From Octopus sinensis (taxonomy: Eukaryota): 64,000 nt of DNA. Positions 37,953 through 51,329 of this stretch are shown here, one piece after another. A program made the position numbers and the translations under genes. A model generated the notes under the pieces. The model did no database searches, was not told where the DNA came from, and saw only the letters and a program-made list of their open reading frames with translations. The first letter of the stretch is position 1. Every line of letters begins with the position of its first letter. The stretch lies in assembly GCF_006345805.1 (NCBI RefSeq), contig NC_042997.1, positions 69,936,001 through 70,000,000 of the forward strand. The letters are read 5' to 3'.

Positions 37953-38571
37953 TATATATGCATATGTGGGCACATGTACAACAAAAAAGTACGAAGCACA
38001 AGTACATGGAACATGAACTATACTTTCAAACAACGAAAGACACAATCTGAAAACAAACAAACAACATAAAGAACAACCCTTCAGCAATTGTTGGCTGTTT
38101 TTCTAGTCTCGTATTTCATATTTGGATTTCATATACGAAAATACATACTTTAACAATAATATACGATTTCGATAAAACAGTTTTGGGATTTTGCGGAGGG
38201 TCAAAATTGGTAACACAAACTGTACAGTGAAAACAAACAGGAAGGGCTGCTAAGGCTAAACGAGGTTGTGGTGGCTAACGCATAAATCAAGCAGGACAGA
38301 GACAATCAAAAACACGTCTTCCTTCTTTCAGCTACAACGGAGAGAAAGAAAGAAAGATGGCCGATAGTCCCGTGAGAGGCACGTGAGCAAGGGAGGAGGA
38401 GTGAGGGAGAGAGAGTGACAGAGTAATAGGACAAAATAGTGGGAAGAGAGGAGGTAAAAGAATAAGAGAAACAAAAAGAGAGAAAAACGAAAGAGAAAAT
38501 GATCGAGTCAGAATTATTAACATAAATCTTACTTGGAAGAGGATGCGTCGCGTTCAATCATATAATATATA

Positions 38572-38641
<70 letters not shown>

Positions 38642-38752
38642 GCATTTGTATGTATGTATATACAGCAGTTGATAAGTGCTAATACACAAAATTCTTGGAC
38701 TGTGAGTAACTCTGTTGCTTGTGCTAAATAACACTATAAATATCACTATGCA

Positions 38753-38790
<38 letters not shown>

Positions 38791-38937
38791 AATGTGTGTG
38801 TGTGTGTGTGTGTGTATAACAAAGGCTAGGAGTCCTTCACTCCCAATGGTTTAACCGCGCGATCGGGTATTCAGTCCGATTGTTTCTATGTCCCCGCGCA
38901 TGATACAGCCTTAAGCCTTAAGAGAGAGAAAAAAAAA

Positions 38938-39267
38938 CATTTATTGGATGGCCGTTGACTCTCAAGAGTTCCTCCGCCTTTTGACGAGTTTTGTTTTTCA
39001 TCCCGCAGGGTGTCCAATAAACACCCTCCTCACCAAGCAACAGGTAACTGGGATAACTCCGACATAAAACCTGCCGCTCAGTGGTTACCGATGATTTTGA
39101 CTTGTTCTTCTTTTCGGATTATGGTTGCTGTTGCTTAGTGAGTGGGATTGACTCAGTGCACAGCCTTTCCTCACTTAAAAAAATTCTTCTTGCACAGGCA
39201 TTGCACGATAACAACATTGATTAAGCTTCGTGCAATGGCCATTCTCGATAACGAGGGGGCAGCCACC
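38938..39267. mobile_element. RTE-related short element or 5'-UTR fragment carrying the RTE terminal motif
   Basis: 39221-39267 matches the 3' tail of the LINE at 11019-11065; the upstream part is non-coding; orientation ambiguous. Confidence 0.55.
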
Positions 39268-39775
39268 ATAAATATATAGGTTATAGAAATTTAATATTTA
39301 CTTAATAATTACTGAGTAGTAATTGAAACAGCTGTAAAGGATGATGATTAATTTGCTGTTAATAATAAACAACTATTAACTTCTCAACCTCTATTTTCTT
39401 TTACTTCTTTTATATGAATATAAACTATATACTTTTTAAATATACACAAATTATTTCAAAGAAATTAATTCCCATAAAATACTATACTAGGTATTGAACC
39501 AATATTTCCTTGGAAGAAAACATCCTTTCATGAGGTTAACATCACCTCTAATCGAATTTAATAATATTTGTATGGAAGTATGTATTTTCGTATATGAAAT
39601 CCAAATAAGACAAAGAAAGAGTTTTGTGTATCATACAATTGTTTCTGGCTCACCCCGTTTTTAACTCGATTACACGTCCATGATTTGTGAAAGTTAAGTA
39701 ATATTTTCAATTTCATTAGAGTGGTACTTCATCAATGGTACGATGGAAATACTCTGATTCCTACTCGATCAGGAA

Positions 39776-39806
<31 letters not shown>

Positions 39807-40032
39807 CGTACATCCATATATATATTTGAAAAGAAAACATACGTTTATAAATTATCGCAAATATGTGGTTTGAGGGCAATTTCTATCCTTTTTGTTGTAT
39901 GTTTACTCCCTCACTGAAATCTTCGTTTTCGTCGTCAACGCAAATGTCGTTTGTGACCTGTAGAAAAATCTCCCGCGCATTTAAATACAAATACTATTGC
40001 ACTGAAAGAAAGGACATATGTTATTTGTTGTA

Positions 40033-40081
<49 letters not shown>

Positions 40082-40554
40082 TGTGTAAAAAGATGTTTCG
40101 GAATGAGCAACATTTTTAATTAGTAATTATTTAAAGATTTTTTTCCTAATCAGTTTACTCTAAACATCGGAGATCGTAAAACAGAAGGAAAGAGGTAAAA
40201 AAAAAAAAGAATGGAAGAAGTGAAACTGAAAATGAAAATATTGTTATTTGTTAGTCCCCTCCCAGCTCCATGGTAAATTTTCAATTTGACATTTTCGGAA
40301 ACTTATCTATGTGTACATAAATAAATGCACACAAACACACATATATGCACACAAACGCTCACACACCCATAAACAGACAGACAGACAGACAGACAGACAC
40401 ACACACACACACACACACACAACACACACACACACACTCACACACAAACACACACATATATATGACACTCCGTCGGTTACGTTGATGACGGTTGCAGTTG
40501 ATCCAGTCAACAGAACAAATTACTCATCAAATAAACATGGTTGAGCATTGCACA

Positions 40555-40778
40555 TACACGCTTACCTTTGGCATAGTTCACAGGGAGATTCAGCGTGACA
40601 CAGAATATGACAAAGTTAGCCCGTTGAAATACTGATGCATCTCATTTTTGCCAGTTGAGTGGACTGGAGCAATAGAATGAAATAAAGTGTCTTACCCAGG
40701 GACACAACACACAGGAATCGAACTGACGATATTAATTTGTGAACCAAATCCTCTAACTACTAAACCACGCACCTTCAC
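40555..40778 (-). mobile_element. SINE family C
   Basis: Head GTGGTTTAGTAGTTAGAG, B-box-like GTTCGATTCC, TGTGTCCTGGGTAAGACAC, CCAGTCCACTCAACTGGCAAAAATG. Confidence 0.8.
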
Positions 40779-41907
40779 ACACACACATATATGTATATGA
40801 AAGTACACATTTATGTACGTGTGTTTATGTGTGTATACATACATGCATATATATACTAGCTGACATGCTCAGTAATCCCCGGGAAAGCGGGGCTTATCCC
40901 TTGGTTCTGTACTCATAATTGTTTCGCTAATCCAGTAACAACAATACAAAGTATGTAGCCCTTAAAACGGTTTTTGTACATTTACTGAGAATACGGAACT
41001 ATCTTACACAGGATCTTGTTTTTAGGAATTCCCAATAAGTTATATATACCCAAATGGTGAAGTCAGTTATGTAATAACATGCAATTAATTACCCGATAGT
41101 AAGAACTTAAATAAAGTAGTCTCGAAAAGGGCTTTAATATGTTCCCAGAGTATATGAAACTGAGGAGGAAATACTAATAATGTATATATACTAAAATCGT
41201 AAAGCATCTTACGTAATAATAGGCTAGTCAGATATGATGTAATAACAATTCAAAGTAAATAACTCTGATAAAAGCTATTGTGCGTTCGCAGAAAATATTA
41301 CCGCCAGCGGCGCTAGTATTGTTATATTCGTGAATAAGTCACTAACCGAAATAAGTGGATCTATTGTTTAGGAATATACTATTTACTTGTTTAAGCGTTG
41401 TACTGGAGAAATTGCGAAAATAACTCAAATAGTTCAAATACTAAGAAATAAGCATACTCAATTTTATTTATACGAAATAATTTAGGAACGTGAATGGGTT
41501 ATTTGCCTTGACTATATATAATGATCCCTTTCAGGAGCGACTGGGTTATTTCCCATGGATGTTTTAAAATAATATATTAGTTATGGCTCAGCAGCCTTTT
41601 CTGTTTGTTTTCACTCTCCTGTTGTTTTTATCAACTTTGACTCTCCGCAAATCCCAAATTTTATTTTGCTTTGCAGGAGCAACTGTTTTCTGGAAGACAC
41701 ATCTTGTCGTAATTGCTCGAAATGTGGAGAAGATAAACAGCCGACAACTGATGGAGGATCATTCTTTATGTTACTTGTCTTGTTTTCCATTAGTTCCTTT
41801 CGTTGTTCGCAACAAAAGTTCGCATTCCATTCACGTTGTTCACGTTTTATGACGTCCTGTACCCATATATACCTATCTATATACATGTATATGTATGTAC
41901 ATATATG

Positions 41908-41939
<32 letters not shown>

Positions 41940-41984
41940 ATATGTATGTATGTATTATTTATGTATATACATACACATATACGG

Positions 41985-42125
41985 TCAATTGGCTGATTCG
42001 TTAGAGCGTGGAGCAGATTGATTTGCAGCAATATTTCCGGCTCTACGCTTTCTGAATTGAAATACTGTTGAGATCAACTTTGCGTTTTACCTTTCTAGAA
42101 AAGTGAAATACCAGTCTTGGTGTCC
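41985..42125 (+). mobile_element. SINE family B, degenerate
   Basis: GATTCGTTAGAGCG..GAAATACTGTTGAGATCAACTTTGC. Confidence 0.55.
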
Positions 42126-42286
42126 GTTTCTATCTTTCCCTACCTCCCTTTCTCTCTTAGAAAGAATGATGTGTTGTCAAAATTGGAGATTCATGGAGAA
42201 CCGCTTGCTTTAAAGTACTGGTAATATGTCGTATATAATAGCTGCGTTCAGGGCCGATTGTATGGCATCCTATGCCAAGTATATGA

Positions 42287-42368
<82 letters not shown>

Positions 42369-42990
42369 AGAGACCTAAATTCTATGTGCTATTCCTTGAA
42401 AGGGGTCTCTGTGGTGTGGATGAAAATTTAAGAACGTACCACTAGGGGTAAGCAGATAGAAAAAAGTGAATAGATATGCATGTTAGGAGGAGAATGGTTT
42501 TAGTCAAAAGGACTAGGGGAGGAGAGAAGAAAAAGGAAGAAAAAATTTTTAAAAGGAGTGCTTGATGGTGGTGAAGATATTATGAGGAAGATGCAAGAGG
42601 AGAGCTATCAAGATGAAAGGAATGGGGTAAGGATAGAATGAAGAGAAAAGAATGTAAGGAAGGAATATGTGTGAGAAGTGGGAGGTGGGGTGATATGTTT
42701 GAAAGGCATTAAGTTGAGGAGATAGGTAAAGAAAGTTGTAGGGGGTGTACTAAAGTCAGTAGTAAACCTCAAAAACGAAGGGAAGAATAATAAAATATAA
42801 TGGTCAAGTTACTATTTACATTTGACGGATATTTGTCTTCATCTTGTTTGTTGTTGACGCAACGTTTCGATTGATATACACTCCAGCCTTCATCAGTGAC
42901 CTGAATAACTACAACAACAACAACAACAACAACAACAATAACATCGAAAAATACCTTAGGAATGAGAGCCCAGGTTCGAAATTTTCCCAA

Positions 42991-43036
42991 GACACCTGAT
43001 AAAAGCTGGAGGGCATATCAGCCGAAACGTTGTGTT
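42991..43036 (+). ncRNA. Type I hammerhead-like motif (G8A core), with inverted partner at 42856-42900
   Basis: GACAC-CTGATAA-A AGCTG..CAGCC-GAAA-CGT-T-GTGTT. The minus copy keeps CTGATGAAGGCTG but has lost stem I and part of stem II. Confidence 0.65.
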
Positions 43037-43119
43037 AACAACAAACAAAATGAGGACAAATATCCGTCAAAGGTAAATAATATAAATAATGTACATAATT
43101 CCTCATCTCTTAAATATAG

Positions 43120-43182
<63 letters not shown>

Positions 43183-43344
43183 ACTATCAAAAGTGATAGT
43201 AGGTAATTACTGTACGAGCTAAGAAAGACGTGTACATAGCTATACACACGCGCACATATATACATATAGCTGTGTATATGCACTATTATATAGGCCCACA
43301 TACTTATGTACCTATACACATATGCATATCTGCATATATATATA

Positions 43345-43487
43345 CTTTATTTAAAGCAGCAGAAAATTCAACAAAACCTGTTACAGGTTTTGTTGAATTT
43401 TCTGCTGCTTTAAATAAAGCATATTACTCTACCACTGGTATTTGAGTACTCTTTTTTCCACCTTGTTTCACATTTATGTGTTTACTC
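43345..43487. mobile_element. Family D element: perfect 37 bp palindrome plus tail
   Basis: 43345-43381 is the exact reverse complement of 43383-43419, followed by the same CATATTACTCTA..GTGTTTACTC tail as at 21925. Confidence 0.85.
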
Positions 43488-43488
43488 C

Positions 43489-43531
<43 letters not shown>

Positions 43532-44622
43532 CGGGCCCATGTAATACTGCATATACACATCTATATGTATATGTGTGCGCTTGTATACATCTATATAGAC
43601 ATCTTTTTTTCTCTCTCTGATTCATCAGCCCCCACTATCACTTTAGCTAGTACAATAATTACCTACGACTATTTTTAGAAACTTGACCACTATATCTTAT
43701 TATTTTCTCTTCCTTTTTGAGGTTTACTATTCAATTTAGAATACTTTCTACCATTTTCTTTACCTATCTCTCCCCCTTAGCTCCTTTCAAGCATATCGCC
43801 CCACCCCCACGTCTCCCACATATTTCTTCCTTACATTCTTATCTCTTCCTTCTATCCCTCCCCTATTCCTTTCATCTTGATAGCTCTCCTCTCGCATCCC
43901 CCTCACAATATCTTGACTATCATCTAGCACTCTTTTTTCAATTTTCCTCCTCTTTCTTTCTTTTTTCTTTCCTTCCCTATTCCTTTTGACTAGTACCATT
44001 CTCATCCTAACATACATATCTATTCTCTTCTCTCTATCTACTTAACCCTACCAGTACATTCTTAACATTTCACTCACACCACAAGACTCCTTTGACTGAA
44101 AAGCACATAGAATTTATGTCTCCACACTATCCACTTGAAATAACAAAATATGAACTCCTATTGGAATCTACATACTATGGACAAGAAGTATTCCTACTCA
44201 TTTTACATAGCACTTTCCTTGGATAATGGAACTGCAACTGTAACATCCTACATATATTCTCATTTTTATTCTCTTATTTCCTTTTATACTTCCTATATCT
44301 ATCCTTTTCCAAAATAACTCCTTATATTGAACTCTACTATTTCCCTCTAGTTAGCTCTCTCCTATAATCCCTAATATCCCAGAAACAGCTGTAAGACAAC
44401 CTTTCTCTTTATAAGTATCCTATAAATTCAACAGATCATTGGATTTGTTGTCTCATTTTATTTAACATATACATGCTCATGCAGGACTCGCATTAGACTC
44501 CTCATTCATATCATTATCGAACCGAGAGTCTAACTACGGTCCTCCCGTAGCATTTACATAACCTTACTCTCCATCTTTGGTCTTCTGGATACCAGTACCT
44601 CTCATATATATATATATATATG

Positions 44623-45845
44623 CATAATGTGTAAGGTATTTGAGGAATACCTTTTTGGGGTCATTGCTGCATTTTTTGCTATCACTGTATAATATTTGTT
44701 TCAGAAAATAATAATGGCAGACCCTCAGCTTGCTCAAGAAATGAAGAGTCATGCTGTTATTGTGGTTATAAAGGCTGAGCGTAGCGATTTAGAAATATCT
44801 CGATTTTTAAAAGTTGCCAGATCTTTCGTCTACAAAGTTTGTAAGGAGTTAGAGACTGAAGATGGAAACGTATCACCAACATCAAAGTATAAAAAGCATT
44901 GTAAACACCCTGAAATCATCAGAACAGCCATAAAGTTTATGAGGTCAGTTGCAAAAGATCTCCAAGTATCAAAATGAACAGTCAGAAATTTTGTCCACGA
45001 AGACATCAGATATGAATCTTATATGTTGAGGAAAGGTGTATATGTCAGAAAAAGCAAAAGAAAATCACTACATCAGATCTAAAAGGCTCTTAAACAAACT
45101 GAAAATACCAGCAGAAGATTTGATTTAGTTTTTCTCGAACGAGAAAAATTTCGATCACGATCAAAAAGTTAACACAAGAAATGACAGATGGTTTTGTGCA
45201 GACCCTTCTGAAGTTCCAACTGTTATGCATACAAAATTTCCTGCAACTGTCATGGTTTTAGGAGTTGTCAGCAATGAAGGACATGTGATGCCTTCTTACT
45301 TGTTTCCACAAGGCCTTAGAGTTATCTCTGCCGCCTACATTGAGGTCCTGAAAATAATTGTTAAGCCCTAGATAGATTGTGTATGCAATGGAAGGTCATA
45401 TGTGTTTCAGTAAGACGCTGCACTATCACACATGGCTCTAGTAACACAGGAATGGATGGTTGAAAATTTTCATGATCACATAACCCCTAACATTTAGCAT
45501 CCTAATTCCCCTGATCTCAATCCATTGGACTGTTACATGTGGAGCGTTGTTGAGAGAGAGAGGTCAATGCACACGCCCATGACACCAAAGATTCTTTGAA
45601 CGCTGCCTTAGTCAAAGCAATGTCCAAAATGAACCAGGACCACTTGATTCAAGGATGTAGATGATTTAGATCTCATATAGAAGCAGTTGTTGAAGCTGAA
45701 AGTGGCTTTATTGATAACATTACAGAAAAGGTTTATTTTCATCCTCATAGCATTTTTTGAGAAATAAAGTTATTATCTGTTATTACATATAGCTGGGTTT
45801 TTTTTTATAAACTAAAATCTGTCCTCAAATATCTTACGCACTCTG
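44623..45845 (+). mobile_element. maT (DD37D) Tc1/mariner transposon, decayed
   Basis: ATG at 44714; FSNEKNF, TKFPATVMVLGVVSNEG, Q*DAALSH..PNSPDLNPLD with 37 residues between the last two D; multiple stops. ~24 bp TIRs (CAGAGTGCGTAAGATATTTGAGGA; left copy 4 mismatches). Confidence 0.88.
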
Positions 45846-45846
45846 T

Positions 45847-45915
<69 letters not shown>

Positions 45916-46088
45916 CTTTCCAGTAAAATGTATCCCCATAAGGGTAAAATTATACTGGAAAGTAATACATTTGTATTGCATTATTATTTTCATTGAAAAT
46001 TCTTCACTGCCCTCGTTCTGTTAACGTTTTGGCGTTCAGACATGTGTAATGGTATTGATGTGGCAACATTTGAAATTTTGTCTAGGTA

Positions 46089-46161
46089 AATGCAGCTGAT
46101 GTAGACTAATCAAATTTATGTTGTCAAACATATTTGAAGAGTTAGAAACCGGTCCTGCATT
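46089..46161 (+). ncRNA. Type I hammerhead-like motif, long stem II, A9 missing or mutated
   Basis: AATGCAG-CTGATG-TAGACT..CAAAT TTATG..CATA TTTG..AGTTA-GAAA-CCGGT-C-CTGCATT: 7 bp stem I, ACCGGT stem III, GUC site after 46154. Confidence 0.55.
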
Positions 46162-46359
46162 ATCCGTTTCTAGGTTGCCCATTTATCGAATGTTTTTCCT
46201 AGACGTTAGACAATTTTTTTTCATGTTTGCTGCACACACGCGTCTTTGCTAGTATATACGCAGTGAAGCTATATAATAGCGTCGTATTTATATCGATTGC
46301 TATTTTCCAGTAAATGTTGGTGCCTTGTTATACCATTTATCTACTTTTATATATATATA

Positions 46360-47385
46360 TCTATATATATAAAACTGTAGTTGTGTGAGTGTCTGTCCCC
46401 TTCGATTTAGATTCCTAACTACTCCCACATTTTGCGGTGCAGTTTAACCAAATTCGGGTATCTTATAGTCGTGATGCATATCGAGCCCGTCTGGCTATTA
46501 GCGCGCGTCTACGATGAGTCTACGATTTTAAAAATAATTTAACATCATTTTTTATTCCATTTTAATGCATAATTTTTCGTGTGTCGATGGCGGCGGAGTT
46601 GGCGTCCACGCTCACACCTGCACCTGTTTGCTTCTCCCCCTTCTTCCCTCCCTCGTGAAGCTGTGGGGAAGGGAGTGTAAGGAAATCAACGTCGTAAAGC
46701 GTTGTCAAGGAGACCAGCGTTCCTTTAGAACAACGACTTCATGGCTTGAAGACACCAAAACAGAAATGGCTAAGAAAGCCCGAATTGGCATCTATAAGGG
46801 AAGTAACTCTCTAAAAATGCTTATATAGTTATTTCCCTTACAAACCCGAGCAACGCCGGGCGATACTGCTAGTCTCTATATATAAAACTGTAGTTGCGTG
46901 AGTGTCTGTCCCCTTCGATTTAGATACCTAACTTCTCCCACATTTTGCGGTGCAGTTTAACCAAATTCGGGTATCTTATAGTCGTGATTCATATCGAGCC
47001 CGTCTGCTATTAGCGCCGCTCTACGATGAGTCTACGATTTTTAAAATAATTTAACATCATTTTTTATTCCATTTTAATGCATAATTTTTCGTGTGTCGAT
47101 GGCGGCGGAGTTGGCGTCCATGGTCACACCTGCACCTGTTTGCTTCTCCCCCTTCTTCCCTCCCTCGTGAAGCTGTGGGGAAGGGAGTGTAAGGAAATCA
47201 ACGTCGTAAAGCGTTGTCAAGGAGACCAGCGTTCTTTTCGTACAACGACTTCATGGCTTGAAGACCCAACAAACAGAAATGGCTAAGAAAGCCCGAATTG
47301 GCATCTATAAGGGAAGTAACTCTCTAAAAAATGCTTATATAGTTATTTCCCTTACAAACCCGAGCAACGCCGGGCGATACTGCTA

Positions 47386-47386
<1 letters not shown>
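46360..47386 (+). mobile_element. Head-to-tail dimer of a ~513 bp non-autonomous Helitron
   Basis: Each unit starts TC(TA)nAAAACTGTAG and ends with hairpin CCCGAGCAACGCCGGG plus CTAG; junction CTAG|TC at 46872/46873; outer ends sit between A and T. Confidence 0.88.
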
Positions 47387-47438
<52 letters not shown>

Positions 47439-47444
47439 TGCCCC

Positions 47445-47520
47445 AGCACAGCGGTGGTGCCCCAACATGGTCGCAGCTTCGGACTGAAACATTTTTAAGG
47501 ATTTTAAGGATTTTAAGGAT
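47445..47520 (+). mobile_element. Very short CR1-like LINE/SINE 3' end with (AGGATTTTA)n tail
   Basis: GGTGGTGCCCCAACATGGTCGCAGC..CTGAAAC followed by three tail repeats. Confidence 0.6.
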
Positions 47521-47538
47521 GTGTGTGTGTGTTGGTGT

Positions 47539-47578
<40 letters not shown>

Positions 47579-47655
47579 CGACGTGTGTGTGTGTGTGTGT
47601 GTGTGTGTGAGTGTGTTGTAATGTATATATATATGTTTATGTATATATTTATATG

Positions 47656-47686
<31 letters not shown>

Positions 47687-47694
47687 TAATCATT

Positions 47695-48015
<321 letters not shown>

Positions 48016-48464
48016 ATTCATTGTATCTCATTAGATCACTATAAAATCCTAAACTCTGGTAAAGTTATGAATCTCCTATTATTACTTTCCAATTGTGCCA
48101 GGTCATTTCAACCAAGACGAGGTCACCAGCACTTTAATGCCAATGCCATGTTTGTTTTTCGTAGAATTGTTGATTATTATAATGAAGACCTTGTCTTTTA
48201 TTGTAATGATTAGAATGAGCAAGAAGCAGAAGATGACTGGGAAGATAATCACGATCATCAATGAAAATCATGTTTCACATGACATTGTTGACAATGAATT
48301 TGATACCGTTATTGCTGTTGTTGTTATTGTGTAACGCCAAGTAAGATCTGATCGATCTTGTCCGCGGAAACGTAACTGTTGCTGCATTATCCATATTCCT
48401 TATCTAAGTCTTTGGGTGGTGAACTTCATCCAGCGAACGTAAGGAGACTATATTGGTAATGAAT

Positions 48465-48492
48465 TTCATGATGTTTATGATGATAATGATGA

Positions 48493-48526
<34 letters not shown>

Positions 48527-48585
48527 GATGATGATGATGATAATGATGATAACGACGTCGACGACGACTCCAACACCAACAATTG

Positions 48586-48617
<32 letters not shown>

Positions 48618-48700
48618 ATGACGGTGATAATGATGTTGATGACGAAGGTGGCGAAGATGGTCGTGATGTTGATAGTGGTGATGATGACAATGGGGGTCTA
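48465..48700. repeat. Degenerate (GAT/GGT)n trinucleotide tract
   Basis: Read directly; it generates the poly-His, poly-Met and poly-Ser ORFs. Confidence 0.9.
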
Positions 48701-49014
48701 TGTGTGAATGACAGAGTCCACCTATTCTCTCTGACAATGCCTTTACCAAACTTTAGAATCGTAAACATAGGTGGCCTCATTTTTGCCCGTGGGGTCGTCT
48801 AAGCTAAATAAATAAATAAAGAAGTAAAGGAAAACACAATGGTGAAAAAAAATATAGGCAGAGTGTGAGAGATGAAGAGTAAGCTTCAGATTTAAGATTT
48901 AAAGAGGCAGTCCCCCCCCCCCATAAAAAAATTAACGAAAGGAAAACGGTACTCAGGCATACGCACTATAAGCTATACACACACATACACTTATATATAT
49001 ATATATAAATCTCG

Positions 49015-49070
<56 letters not shown>

Positions 49071-50609
49071 TATATATACATACATACATACATACATACA
49101 TACACGCATATATTTATGTATGTGTCTATATGCAAGGGGAGTGAGTGGGAGAGAGAGCGAGAAAAAGGAAAAGAGAAAGAGAAAGTGAAAGACGGCGAAA
49201 ATATAGAAAGGCGTGGGAAGGAAACGAAAGAGAAAAGCGAAGTCTGACGCAGTGAGAAGACAGTAGGTGTCTTTGACTTAAAGCCGACGGTTGTCTCCCT
49301 CTCAGTGAGTGACTGACGAATACACAAAGCCATCGCCAATGGTTTGTAGGAGTTATATATTCATTTTTTTTTTTGTTTCTACTTTTCTATCTCATTCCTC
49401 CGCCCACTCTATTGGCAATGACTTAAACTATTAACTATTATTCTGTCAGAATAAAAAGAAACAATAATGGAAGAAAGAAAATAAAGCTCAAATAAAAGCT
49501 GAATACGCTTAGCTTTGAATACATTTGGACCCTTTTCAAACTCCTTTTTTCTTTTATATATTTCTCATTCAATTTTGTTTTATGGCCGATAAATATAGAA
49601 ACACACTGGCAAAAATTAATAAAATATAGAAACAAACAACAAAAGCAAATAATATATAAGAACATAGTCGGAAAGTTGGGCGACCTTCATGTCGTCTAAA
49701 CAAACAATCACGCATACATCTTGCAGCACAATTATAGTGACATATACATAGTATCCATGCACATTCTTCTTATCAGCGTGTGGGGTGCGACATTCTTCAT
49801 AGAGACTGAACACAGACACACGTACTTTATATATAAGTGCACGTATATATATATATATGCACGTGTATGTATAAATACATACATATTTATACCCATCCGC
49901 ACAAACACACACACACACACACATAGAAATATGTATATATATATATATATATATATATGATATACATACGTGTGTGTGCCTGTATGTATGTGTGTGTGAA
50001 TGTTATGTTAAGGATAGACGACTATAATTAATTTTAATATTCTTTATTAAAGTTTTCTTTTTCCGTGAGATTTCAATTTTGGTTTTAAATGTTTGGTCTG
50101 AAACAACAATGCTTCTAAGTCTATTTGTCCATTAACGATTCAATAACTTGCTGGATTCATTATCAAAATAAAATGATGATAATTATTGCATGTTGTCAAC
50201 GCGCTATGCCATATGTCACAATGGAAAATGGGAATGCTGTTTCAACTTATAAAAGCGTTAATTCCCGATTGAAATATTATACTAAGATTAAGTCTTTGTA
50301 GATTTCTTGATTTATGTGTACTATATTTACATTGATTTGAAGTTTGTTATGTTTACAAGTATAGAATTCTGTTTGAAATTGTGATGGTGCCGTCTAATGT
50401 TTCTCTTTTTCTATATTTCATATACTGTATTATAACGATTTGCTATGGCTCATACTTGTAAATACATAGTCAACAACTTTTCGATATCTGAAGTACTTTC
50501 TGTGGTTTGCTATTTTGTGCTTTCGTTAAGTCCAGTAACGACTATTTTATTAATATTACCATGATTCTTTAGTGACGTAAGGCTACTGGCTCATTACTAG
50601 TTTCAAATT

Positions 50610-50825
50610 TTGGCACTAGACCAGACCAGCAATTTCGGGCTGGGGGTGAGTGGAGGTAAGTCGATTAGATTGACCCTAGTGCCCAACTGATAATTATTTT
50701 ATCGACCCCGGAAGGATAAAAGGCAAAGTCGGCCTCGGTGAAATTTGAACTCAGTACGTAAAGATAAACAAAATGCCGCTAAGCAATTTTCCTGGCGTGC
50801 TAACAATTCTGTCTGTTCACCGCTT
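50610..50825 (-). mobile_element. SINE family B
   Basis: TCGACCCCGGAAGGATAAAAGGCAAAGTCGGCCTCGGTGAAATTTGAACTCAG. Confidence 0.85.
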
Positions 50826-51057
50826 TACAACATTCCATTATTAACATAACTGATGATGTGATCGGTGAAGTCGTGAAACTCTAAACAGGCGATGGATTTA
50901 GCAACAATATTAGTCCAAGCAAAATGTAAAGGTTACATAAATAAAATTACTCCCTCCCGCCATTAAACTCCAATAAAATCTTGACTGATTGAAAGAAAAG
51001 CTGCCGTATACACACACGCACGTTCATACGCATATATATTGATTATGTGCATGGGTA

Positions 51058-51163
<106 letters not shown>

Positions 51164-51329
51164 GCTAGCTAGCTAGCTAGCTAGCTAGCTATCTATCTAT
51201 TATATGTCTGTCTGTCTATGTGCATACGTATAAATGTATATATGTATATATGTATATATATACATATATGTATATAGCAGGCATTAAACACACACTATTA
51301 GCAGGCACTCATTCGCCAACCTTACTTAC

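Larger units (their letters stand above)
42369..44560. mobile_element. Large diverged foldback of PLE-type 3' sequence with nested younger insertions
   Basis: 42369-42815 mirrors 43680-44130, and 43170-43290 mirrors 43530-43670. The right arm continues to GAAACAGCTGTAAGAC (44382) of the 12.3 kb family. Confidence 0.75.

Noticed and set aside
38945-39050. HDV-like ribozyme at a putative RTE 5' end
   Set aside because: A TCCTCCGC loop and hairpins exist, but P1.1, P2 and P3 geometry could not be assembled.
44485-44535. Second motif ACTC-CTCATTC..GAA(A)CCG-GAGT (also at 12200-12245)
   Set aside because: The core is too far from CUGANGA in both copies to call a ribozyme.
48426-48780. Poly-His, poly-Met and poly-Ser ORFs
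   Set aside because: Degenerate trinucleotide tract open in several frames, with no splice support.
50030-50580. Possible very old PLE endonuclease on the minus strand
   Set aside because: Only scattered 3-4 residue matches amid many stops.
50848-50890. CTGATGA..CGTGAAACTCT resembling family D
   Set aside because: No stem I or complete stem III.
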